DNA of 46,495 nt from Clostridiales bacterium DTU072 (GTDB taxonomy: Bacteria; Bacillota; Clostridia; Christensenellales; DTU072). Made by a program: the position numbers and the translations under genes. The DNA lies in the NCBI GenBank assembly GCA_001512685.1, contig LFSG01000004.1, forward strand, positions 1-46,495. Reading direction: 5' to 3'. Numbering within the stretch: position 1 is the stretch's first letter; the number at the start of each line of letters is the position of its first letter. Positions 28,934 through 38,600 of this stretch are shown piece by piece. Below the pieces are notes generated by a model. It searched no databases. It was not told the DNA's origin and saw nothing but the letters and a program-made list of their open reading frames with translations.

Positions 28934-30207
28934 TATAATTCCCCCGTTATGATATCGGTAAGCGGCCGCTCGGCGTCAAAAAGACTTGTTTGCAGACAAG
29001 CCGTTTCCAAGCGCGGCCGCTCCTGTTGCGCGGCAAGCGCTTTTCTGATGTTGACGGGATTGTTATATGCGCCGTAAAATTTGCCGTTTACGGTGATAAA
29101 ATGTTGCGCTCTTTTTAATACCACCCGCATTTTTTTAAGGCTTTCAAAGGTTAATTTGCCGTGTCGTCTGGCTATAATTATTCTGTAAGCGTTCTTTACG
29201 CCTATTCCCGGCACTCTGAGCAGCGCTTCGTAGCTTGCGGTATTTATTTCAACGGGAAAGAATTGATAATTATTCAGCGCCCAAAAGCTTTTTACATCTA
29301 TGTCGGCGGCAAGGTTGCGCTCAACGGGCAGCAATTCCTCGGCGGAAAAGCCGTAAAACCTCAGCAGCCAATCGGCTTCGTACAGTCTGTGTTCTCTTCT
29401 TAAGTCGCACGGCAAGGCGGGCAATAAGCTTGAGGACAAATTTACGGGCATGTAAGCGGAATAATAAACCCTTTTTAAGTTAAAATTCCGATACAGCGCT
29501 TGCGTCAATCTTATTATTTGTCCGTCGGTATCGTTTGAGGCGCCCACTATCATTTGCGTGGTTTGGCCTGCCGGGATTTTTTTGATTTGGGAATTTTTTT
29601 CGGTTTTTGTAAGGAAATAGCTTTGAGAAAGCATCTTCATGGGCTCTATTATGGCGTCTTTCTTTTTTTGCGGCGCAAGCAGTTTAAGGCTTCGTTCGGT
29701 GGGCAATTCAATGTTCAAGCTCATTCTGTCCGCGTACGCCGAGGCATAATCGATAAGCCCATAATCCGCTCCCGGTATGGCTTTAAGGTGAATGTAGCCT
29801 CTGAATTTATATTCTTCTCTCAGCATTTTTACCGCTAAAACAAGCTGTTCCATGGTATGGTTGGGGGATTTCTCCACGCTGCTCGACAAAAACAATCCTT
29901 CTATATAATTTCTGCGGTAAAAGTTTATTACCAATTCGCATAATTCGCGGGGGGAAAGCCGCGCTCTGGGTATGTCGTTGCTTCTTCTGTTTACGCAATA
30001 AAGACAATCGTATTCGCAATAGTTTGTCAGTAGTATTTTCAGCAAAGAAACGCATCTGCCGTCCGAAGTGAAGGAATGGCAAATGCCGCAATAAGCGGTG
30101 TTGCCCAAGCTGCCTTTTTTGGAGCCTGTTCCCGCGCCGCTTGAAGAGCAGGACACATCGTATTTTGCGCCCTCGGTAAGAATTCTTATCCGTTCGTTCA
30201 AATCCAT
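28933..30207 (-). CDS. TIGR03916 putative DNA modification/repair radical SAM protein with HhH
   Basis: AKYDVSCSSSG, GICHSF..DGRC, CEYDCLYC, GQTTQMIVGA, REHRLY.ADWL, LLRVPGIG. Confidence 0.94.
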   Translation of the reverse strand: MDLNERIRILTEGAKYDVSCSSSGAGTGSKKGSLGNTAYCGICHSFTSDGRCVSLLKILLTNYCEYDCLYCVNRRSNDIPRARLSPRELCELVINFYRRNYIEGLFLSSSVEKSPNHTMEQLVLAVKMLREEYKFRGYIHLKAIPGADYGLIDYASAYADRMSLNIELPTERSLKLLAPQKKKDAIIEPMKMLSQSYFLTKTEKNSQIKKIPAGQTTQMIVGASNDTDGQIIRLTQALYRNFNLKRVYYSAYMPVNLSSSLLPALPCDLRREHRLYEADWLLRFYGFSAEELLPVERNLAADIDVKSFWALNNYQFFPVEINTASYEALLRVPGIGVKNAYRIIIARRHGKLTFESLKKMRVVLKRAQHFITVNGKFYGAYNNPVNIRKALAAQQERPRLETACLQTSLFDAERPLTDIITGEL

Positions 30208-30415
30208 AAAACCTCTGATAAAATAATTATAGCATTTTATACTCTCCCGTTAATGAAAGATTATGGAAAAATAAATGCCAATTAATATATTGTCCCGATT
30301 ATGGTACATTTGTTTTTTGCGCATAAAAAGAATTGGGGCAGGTTTTGCTTTTTGCGCATCCAAAGGAATAATTAAGGTTAAGAAAGCTAAAATAAACATT
30401 ATCAAAGGAGGATTT

Positions 30416-30820
30416 ATGAAGACCAAAAAAACTGTATTGATAATTTTAATTTTGAGCGTTGTCCTTATGTTTGCCGCAAGCGGCGCCGCGCCTACGCCCA
30501 AGCTTTGCAATTTTTACGGTATGTATGTTAATGACAATGAGGAAGGCGGCGTCATTGAGTTTGTCAATTTCAATATAGCCAAAAGAACGGCCACCGCGCA
30601 TTTTAATAATATCAGTCTTCCGGAATACGGCATAAAAAATTGCACCGTAAAGAACGCCAAGTTTAAGGTATACAAGAAAGAGAAAGCGCTGTTGTTTTTT
30701 AAGGGGGAAATTGAGGGCAAAGAAATAAAAGGCGTTATGAATGTAAAAGAAAAGAGTTTGATTTTTGGCAAAAACAAATATGTAAAAAAAGATTTTTCGC
30801 AACAAAGAAGGCTGCCTTAA
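30416..30820 (+). CDS. Hypothetical exported protein, 134 aa
   Basis: SD AAGGAGG before ATG 30416; signal peptide MKTKKTVLIILILSVVLMFAASGA; Lys-rich, beta-like mature part. Confidence 0.7.
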   Translation: MKTKKTVLIILILSVVLMFAASGAAPTPKLCNFYGMYVNDNEEGGVIEFVNFNIAKRTATAHFNNISLPEYGIKNCTVKNAKFKVYKKEKALLFFKGEIEGKEIKGVMNVKEKSLIFGKNKYVKKDFSQQRRLP

Positions 30821-30837
30821 GCGGGCAGCCTTCTTTG
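30803..30837 (+). terminator. Intrinsic terminator
   Basis: CAAAGAAGGCTGCC...GGCAGCCTTCTTTG 14-bp stem overlapping the stop codon. Confidence 0.75.
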
Positions 30838-30949
30838 ATTAAATATTATGCGCTCATCGCTAAAGCGTGAAAATATTTTGCGGTTATTTCTTTAATTAAA
30901 GGGAAATATTAAAGCTAAGAGAAAAGATTACTTTTACGGAGGTTTATGT

Positions 30950-32879
30950 ATGTTTGAAAATATGCTGAGCAAAGGGAAAATAGGCAAATTGGAAATTAGA
31001 AACCGTTTTGTGGTGCCCGCAATGGGTACGGGCAGAGGCGAATTGGACGGTTTTGTAAACGAAAATATTATAAGCTATTACACCGAAAGGGCTAAGGGCG
31101 GATTCGGTCTGATTATTCTTGAGGTTACCGGCATAGACCCTTTGGGGAAGGCCATACCCGAACAAATTATGATTGACGACGACAAATATATCCCCAAGCT
31201 CAAAGAGCTTGCCGATTCCATACACGCGCACGGCGCCAAGGTTTTTCCGCAGCTGCATCATGCGGGAAGGCAAGCCGTGGAAGCGGTACTGGGCGCTCAA
31301 TCGGTAGCGCCTTCGGCGGTATCCTGTCCCATGACAAGATCCATGCCCCGCGCGCTTACCACAAAAGAATGCTATGAGCTTATAGAAAAATATGGCGACG
31401 GCGCCTATCGCGCCAAAAAAGCGGGGTTTGACGGCGTGGAAGTTCACGCCGCGCACGGCTATCTCGTGGGACAATTCCTTTCGGGCTACACCAATAAAAG
31501 GGCTGACGAATTCGGCGGAACCTTTGAAAGAAGAATAAAGTTCGCGGTGGAGGTTCTCAGAAACATAAAAGCCAAATGCGGAGCCGACTTTCCGGTATGC
31601 TTCAGATTGAGCGCCGACGAAAGAGTGCACGGCGGCTTAAAACCCGCCGAAAGCGCGGCGATTGCCGCCATATTGGAAAAAGAAGGCGCCGACGCCATCC
31701 ATGTTTCAACGGGCGTGTACGGCAGTATGGCTTGGATAATAGCGCCTTCCTCGATAGAGCCGGGATATATTCTTAAAGACTGTTATGAGATTAAAAAGGC
31801 TGTGAAAATACCCGTAATCGCGGTGGGAAGGATAAACGAGCCCTACCTTGCCGAGCATGTGGTAAGCAAAGGCATAGCCGACTTCGTGGCTTTGGGCAGA
31901 GGCTCTATTGCCGACCCTTATTTTCCCTTAAAAGTGAAAGAGGGCAGGGTAAAGGAAATATTGTGTTGCGTAGGCTGTATGACCCGTTGTCAAGGAGTGG
32001 TGGCGGGCAATGAAAAGGACAGGGGGGTTTCCTGCATGGTCAACCCTTTCGCAGGGCAAGAGCATATCAGAAAAATCATACCGACCAATCAACCTAAAAA
32101 TATTGTGGTGGTTGGGGGAGGCCCTGCGGGATTGGAAGCGGCGTGGATACTTGCCGCAAGGGGGCATAAGGTTACGCTTTTTGAGAAGGACTGCCGTTTG
32201 GGCGGACAATTTTTGCCCGCCGCCGTTCCTCCCGGAAAGCAGGCTTTGCTTGCCTCAATCGTTTATTATGAAAAAATGTGCCGTAAATACGGCGTAAAAA
32301 TCCTTACCCAAACCGAAGCTGACGAAAACGCCATACTCGGTTTGAAGCCCGACGCGGTTATATTGGCTACCGGCGCTGTTCCTTGCGGTTGTCAAATACC
32401 TTTCAAAGACATTGCGGTAGTGCAAGCTTTGGATGTTTTGAAAGGCAATGTGCAGCTTGGCAATAATGTTTTGGTGATAGGCGGAGGCCAAGTGGGCGTT
32501 GAAACCGCCGAGCATATCGCCAGCATGAACAGGTGGGTTACCATAGCCGAAATGGAAGACGACATAGGCAAAAAAAATGCCTTCGGCTATAAAATATTTT
32601 GCCATGAAGAGCTTGGCGGATTATAATGTTAAGATTTTGAAAAACACAAAGGTAATAGAAGTGTCCAAGGATGGGGCGCTGTGCGAAACGCCCGAAGGCA
32701 AAAAGCTTATACACGGATTTGATATGGTGGTTCAGGCCATAGGCTCAAAATCGCACAATTCCTTGGAAGAGAAATTGAAGGGCAAAGTTCCGGCTTTATT
32801 CGTAATAGGCGATGCCGCAGAGCCGAGAAGAGCGGTGGAAGCCATTGAAGAAGCCGTTGCAACCGCCTTGGCGTTGTGA
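30950..32879 (+). pseudogene. NADH:flavin oxidoreductase (OYE/FadH/BaiH-like), frameshifted at A8 run 32570-32577
   Basis: QLHHAGR, EVHAAHGYL, CVGCMTRC...C.VNP FeS motif, GGGPAG, GGGQVG; C-terminal IGDA is in the next frame (32577..32879); removing one A fuses the two ORFs. Confidence 0.75.
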
Positions 32880-32908
32880 TTGATAAATAAATTCGTAAGC
32901 GCTTTATT

Positions 32909-32937
32909 GTTTTAATTTAGTCAAGTTTGGCAATAAT
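32909..32937 (+). promoter_or_regulatory. sigma-F-type promoter of spoIIR
   Basis: GTTTT-15nt-GGCAATAAT matches GYWTA-N15-GGnrAnAnT; spoIIR is sigma-F controlled. Confidence 0.6.
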
Positions 32938-32944
32938 GGTAAAC

Positions 32945-33490
32945 ATGAAAAGTGTCAATTATAGGCTCATTGTCGCTGTCATTATTATTTTGGCCTTGAT
33001 TTATACGGTGTTTATGTTAAACGACCGCTATGTCGAGGAAGATTATGTGAGAATCCATATAAGAGCCAACAGCGACTCGGAGTTTGACCAAAAAATAAAA
33101 CTTGAAGTGCGCGACAAGGTTGTGGATACGCTGTCGCCGCTTTTGGCTCAAGCAAAAGACAAGGAGCAAGCGCTTATGATTTTGCGGAACAACCTTGGCG
33201 GCATTGAATACGCGGCAAATACCGTATTAAAGGGCAGCGGCGCCCTTTATTCAAGTAAGGCAAGCGTTGTTTGCGAAGAGTTTCCCACCCGGAAATATGG
33301 GGACAAGGTGTTGAAAAAAGGGGAATATGACGCCGTCATTATAACGCTGGGAGAAGGCAGGGGCGCTAACTGGTGGTGCGTGGCCTTTCCGCCCATGTGC
33401 TTTCCGGAAGCTGAAAAAAACCCTCCCCGTTATAAATCCAAAATATTGGAAATAATAAACAATATAAAAAATAAAGAGAATAAGAGGTAA
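32945..33490 (+). CDS. spoIIR: Stage II sporulation protein R
   Basis: RIHIRANSDSEFDQKIKLEVRD, FPTRKYG, G.Y.A..I.LGEG.G.NWWCVAFPPMC. Confidence 0.95.
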   Translation: MKSVNYRLIVAVIIILALIYTVFMLNDRYVEEDYVRIHIRANSDSEFDQKIKLEVRDKVVDTLSPLLAQAKDKEQALMILRNNLGGIEYAANTVLKGSGALYSSKASVVCEEFPTRKYGDKVLKKGEYDAVIITLGEGRGANWWCVAFPPMCFPEAEKNPPRYKSKILEIINNIKNKENKR

Positions 33491-33496
33491 CTTCCT

Positions 33497-34201
33497 ATGG
33501 AGAACAGAAAAAAAGAGAGAAAAGAGCTTATTAAAACCGCTTTGGCGTTGTTGCTTTTGATTTGCGTAACATTTACTTTTCTGCTTTTATTTACCGATTT
33601 GTTTGAAAAAGAAGAAGCCGAGGCTTTGCTTATCAGGAGGGGAAGCACGGGCTCTACCGTGCGCACCATACAGTCAAGGCTGAAACAATGGGGATACTAT
33701 AAAGGAAATGTAGACGGCATATTCGGGCCCCAAACCGAAGCCGCCGTTAAATACTTTCAAAGGAAAAACGGGCTTGCCGTTGACGGCATAGTGGGGCCTA
33801 AGACGGCGGCGGCTATCGGCGTGGCTTTGGCTCAAAGCAGCGCTTCCTACTCCAATGACACCTATTTGCTGGCAAGGTGCGTGTATGCGGAGGCCCGCGG
33901 CGAACCTTATGTGGGACAAGTCGCCATTGCCGCGGTAGTGCTCAATAGGGTAAAGCATCCGTCTTTCCCCAACACCATTTCCGGCGTTATTTATCAGCCG
34001 GGAGCCTTTACGGCGGTAGCCGACGGACAAATTAACCTCACCCCCAACGATCAGGCATTAAAGGCGGCCAAAGACGCTCAAAACGGTTGGGATCCAACAT
34101 ACGGGGCCATCTATTATTATAATCCCGCCACCGCGACGAATGCTTGGATAAGAAGCAGGCCCATTCATCTTAGAATAGGCAGACATGTATTTTGTGTTTG
34201 A
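33497..34201 (+). CDS. sleB: Spore cortex-lytic enzyme
   Basis: Peptidoglycan-binding domain (DGIFGPQT, DGIVGPKT) plus AEARGEPYVGQVA, LNRV, GWDPT. Confidence 0.95.
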   Translation: MENRKKERKELIKTALALLLLICVTFTFLLLFTDLFEKEEAEALLIRRGSTGSTVRTIQSRLKQWGYYKGNVDGIFGPQTEAAVKYFQRKNGLAVDGIVGPKTAAAIGVALAQSSASYSNDTYLLARCVYAEARGEPYVGQVAIAAVVLNRVKHPSFPNTISGVIYQPGAFTAVADGQINLTPNDQALKAAKDAQNGWDPTYGAIYYYNPATATNAWIRSRPIHLRIGRHVFCV

Positions 34202-34213
34202 TAAGGAGCAAAT

Positions 34214-35560
34214 ATGGAAGCTAATAAGGAAAAGCGTAAAAAAATATGGCAAATAATCGCTTATGGCGCGGCTATCTTGATTATCGCGGGATTGTCGGTA
34301 GCTTTGGCGTTGGTGGCGCAAAGGCATAAAAGGTATCGCAACGAGATGGAAAATATGTATGAAAAATCTTATTATGACGCTATGTCCTCTATCGCGGGCA
34401 TAGAGACCAATCTCACCAAGCTCGCTGTTTCAAACGATGTTCCCATGCAGAAGGTGCTGTTGACCAATTTGAACAGGGACAGCGAAGCAGCAGAAACCAA
34501 TTTGTCCATGCTCAATTCCAAAGACCAGCCCATTGAGAATATTATGAAATTCTTTAATCAATTGGGCGATTATTGCAAAATGCTATCGGATAAGATAGGA
34601 GAAGACGTCGATATCTCTGAAGAGGAGCATCAGAAGCTTCAGCAGTTCGTCCAGCTTACCGCGCGAATACGAAAGGAATTGCAGTCGGTGCAGAACGAGC
34701 TGCTTAAAGGGGGCAGCTTAATGGGGAAGTTCAACGGCGATTTAAATTATCTTACCGACGTGTATAAAACTCTCAACACCAACGACGATATAGAATTTCC
34801 GCAAATGATATATGACGGGCCTTTCAGCGACGGGCTGAGCGAAAGAGAGCCGAAAGCGCTCAAAGGCATGAAGGAATTGAGCGCTCAAGAATGCGCCGAA
34901 AAAATCAAGGGCTTTTTCAAGGGCAAAGATGTAACCGTAAAGAAAACGGGAGAATCTGAGGAAGGCAACATACCCAATTATATGTTTGATATCACGGTAG
35001 ACGGCATACAAGGCTCAATGCAGCTTAGCAAAAAGGGCGGCATGCTGATGATGTATGACAGCTATAAGGCCATAGATTATCCCGAGCTTGACGAAGAACA
35101 ATGCGTGGCCAAAGCCGGTCAATTCTTGAAAGACGTCGGTTATGACAATATGAAAGCAGTATGGACTTCAAATTATAATTCCACGCTGTATATCAATTTT
35201 GCCTTTGTGAAAAACAATGTAATTTATTTTCCCGATTTGATAAAGGTAAAAATCGCTTGCGACAGCGGCGATGTGGTGGGATTTGAGGCGCAGAACTATC
35301 TTTATAACCATACCGAGGACGGCGGAAGGACATCCATTCTTCCCAATATGGACGAAGTGGAGTACGATTTACATCCCGATCTTGAGCTTATAGACAAAAG
35401 GTTTGTTATCATTCCCACTGTAACCCATAAAGAAAAAGCGGCGGTGGAATATCATTGCCAAAAAGGCGATACAGAATATTATATTTATGTAGACGCGCAA
35501 ACCAATGAAGAAGAAGAAATATTTATTGTGGTGGACGATAACGGAAAAATGATGATATGA
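34214..35560 (+). CDS. ypeB: Germination protein YpeB
   Basis: N-terminal TM, IYDGPFSD, PDLIKV; immediately downstream of sleB. Confidence 0.92.
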   Translation: MEANKEKRKKIWQIIAYGAAILIIAGLSVALALVAQRHKRYRNEMENMYEKSYYDAMSSIAGIETNLTKLAVSNDVPMQKVLLTNLNRDSEAAETNLSMLNSKDQPIENIMKFFNQLGDYCKMLSDKIGEDVDISEEEHQKLQQFVQLTARIRKELQSVQNELLKGGSLMGKFNGDLNYLTDVYKTLNTNDDIEFPQMIYDGPFSDGLSEREPKALKGMKELSAQECAEKIKGFFKGKDVTVKKTGESEEGNIPNYMFDITVDGIQGSMQLSKKGGMLMMYDSYKAIDYPELDEEQCVAKAGQFLKDVGYDNMKAVWTSNYNSTLYINFAFVKNNVIYFPDLIKVKIACDSGDVVGFEAQNYLYNHTEDGGRTSILPNMDEVEYDLHPDLELIDKRFVIIPTVTHKEKAAVEYHCQKGDTEYYIYVDAQTNEEEEIFIVVDDNGKMMI

Positions 35561-35580
35561 AAAAGCAAAAGAATAATCAT

Positions 35581-35605
35581 AAAAGCGGCGATAAACGCCG
35601 CTTTT
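35581..35605. terminator. Bidirectional intrinsic terminator
   Basis: AAAAGCGGCG-ATAAA-CGCCGCTTTT between convergent genes. Confidence 0.8.
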
Positions 35606-35606
35606 A

Positions 35607-38600
35607 TTATATTTCGTAATAATTTATTTTGTCCGCGATATCTTCGCCATAGCTTATTTCGCTGCCCTCGGGCAATAAGATAAGACCTATTTCGGGTATT
35701 ATGGCGTTTACGGAAATTTCCGCCACTTCTCTGCCTTGAATGTATTGCGGAATATATAGGATATCCACATTTCCTATGTATTGCAATATCCTGACTCTGT
35801 TGTTGGGCATGCTTTCAACGGCGAAATTGCCGAATATCGTATTATGCGTGATTATTTGATTGGCAAATACCGACCATATGGTTTTTTGGCGATAATTAAT
35901 CAAATACTGCGATTCCACAAAAATCTTGAGATGGGGATTGGTGTTCATCAGCATGCTGTTGCCCCCTTCGATTACTCCCGGAGTGTTCAGGCGCAATCTG
36001 AGCAGCGACGAACAGTTTATGAAGGCCGCTTCCTCTATGGCTATTACCGTGGACGGCAAGTCGATTGATTTAAGCGAGCGGCAATTTTGGAAGACGGCGG
36101 TAGGAATAGTCTTGATGTTTTCGGGCAGATTGATTGACCTCAAGCTGACGCAGTTATTGAAAGCGTATCCCTCGATTGTTTCAACGGAAGAGGGCAAAAC
36201 CACCTTTTCCAAAGACACGCAATCGCTGAAAGCGAATAAACTTATTGTTTGCCTGTAGCCTTCAAGCATGGTTACGCTTTTTAGATTGGGATTCCCGAAG
36301 AATCTGCCTATGGACCTTACTTCATAATTTATTCCGCCTATTTCGATGCTGCCCGGTATGATTATATCGGTTTGAGCGCCTCTGTATTGCGTCAAATGGA
36401 TGGAATTGGAACTTAAAATACTGTAAGCGAAATCCCCATGGAATTGATGAGGCAAAATATAGTCAGGGTATATGACGGGATTATAAATTCCGCTTTCGCT
36501 GTAGCCGCCGTAGCTTTTCCAGTTTGCCAAATTGTTTTTGTATTCGGTTAAGCTGTTGCGCGGAACGAATATTTTCAGGAAAGAATTGTTTATGTTGTTG
36601 AACAATCCCGGTCCCGCCGTTGTCAAGCCGTCCGACGTTCTTACTCCGTCGTCGCCTCTCATTACATAAACCGTTTCAAGTCCCGTGCAATAATTAAATA
36701 CGCCGGTCATCAATTGAAGCACGGTAAACGGTATGGTGATTTCTTTTAGGGAATGGCAATGGGAGAAAGCGTAATTGTATATTATATTCAAATTGCCGTC
36801 TTCGGGCAAAGCGATATCCCTAAGGTTGATGTTGTTATGGAAGGCGTAGTCTCCTATGGAGCGCAATCTCTTGGGCAGGGTGATTTCAATAAGCTCGATA
36901 TTGTTGGAGAAAGCGTTTGAGCTTAACACCAGATCGCCCACGGGTTCGCCCTCGATTTCCAATATATCTTCGCCCTCAAATGTTATGGAGCTCAGCATGG
37001 TATCGGCAAAAGCAAAGCTCGCGATGTTTCTTACCGATATGGGTATGGTTATGGATTTGAGCGGAGTATAACGGAAGGCGTTTTGGCCTATGGATTCAAG
37101 AGTTGAGCCCGCCTCAAACATAACTTCCTCTACTCCGCTTTTGTAAAAAGCGTTGGCGGAGATGGTGTTTACGGTGTTGGGAACGGTAACCGTCTTGACA
37201 GCGTAATTAAATACATTGGGAAGTATGGACACTATTTTGTGGCCGTTAATATGCGAAGGCACAATCACATTGATTTCATCGCCCACATAGTGGACAAGCT
37301 CGGCGGTTTTGGCGTCGGGATCTATAACGCTTATGGCAAAGCCGTCAAAAATCATGTCCAAGCTGAATATTTTTGAAACCAAGCTGTTCCAACTGCTTGA
37401 GCTGCTTCTATAATAATTGAGTTTGTAATCCCTGACATATATTTTCGCGTAGTCGCATCCTTCCAAAAGGTCTTGGGCGTCGGCAGCAAGATTTATTATT
37501 GAAGAAGTGGGGGTGTCGTCGTCGATATAAATGGCAAGCAAATAGCGACAGTTTTTGAAAGCCCCTTTGTGTATTGTCTTAAGCCGATTGGGAAGGGTAA
37601 CCGTAACTATATCGGTCAACGCGAAAGCGTTTATGCCTATTGAGGTCATATCCACGCCTAAAAATTCCACATTATTTAATTTCATTCTGTGCGGCAATTC
37701 CGAAGAAAAAGCGTAATTGCCTATGATGTCGGTATTTTGCGGCGCTTTGAAAGAAGTAAGATTTACGCATTTATAAAAAGCGTAATCGCCGATAGTGATT
37801 AATCTGCTTGCGTTTATGGTTAATTCCGCGCCGATGGACACATTCTTTACGGCGGTGCCGTAAAAAGCCGAATTGCCTATGCTGATTAAGCTGAGCGGCA
37901 ATTGCACGCTGTTGAGATTGACGCAATAACGGAAGGCGTTTCGGTTTATGGAAAGCACGCCTTCGGGAACAATAACATTCCTTATTTTATAATTAAAGCA
38001 GTATTCTCCGATTTCCAATACCGGCTTATCGGCAATGACTGCGGGGATAGAAATATCTTGCTGGTCTCCCAAATATTTGTTTAACCTTACGCCTTCTATG
38101 ACAAAAGTAATTCTTTCTATCCTTACGGTGTGCAGCCGATCGAAGGCATCATATACCGTTACGGTCTCCGCCGACAAAGCCGCGTATGATTTGTAATCGG
38201 TTATTTTTGTGGATTGGTTTATTCTGTGGCTGAAGGTTTTGTTTTCCTCATTTATGGTTACGACCGGCAGTTTTAATACCGTTTCCAGCGCGTTGAAGTC
38301 GTTGACATAGCTCTTATCGTATTTATTGTCGGGCAAGGGCAATCCCAAATATTCCACCACTCGAACGGCGTTGTAATTATAATTGATAAGCTCTATCGAA
38401 TAACTGCTGTGCAAAGAGTCCTTGCTGTTGATTTTGGAAGTGATGTTTCTCCAATACCTCGCTTTAAGATACTCTTTCATGGCTTGCTGAGGCACATATA
38501 TCATCAATTCTTCTCTTGTGCCCGCAAAGGTATAGTCGTTTTGTAACTCGGTAATCGCCAAGTCGTCGGCGCCGCGGTTAAGTATAATGCTGACAAGCGA

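Noticed and set aside
30275-30415. N-terminal extension of the 181-aa ORF
   Set aside because: The strong SD and signal peptide place the real start at 30416
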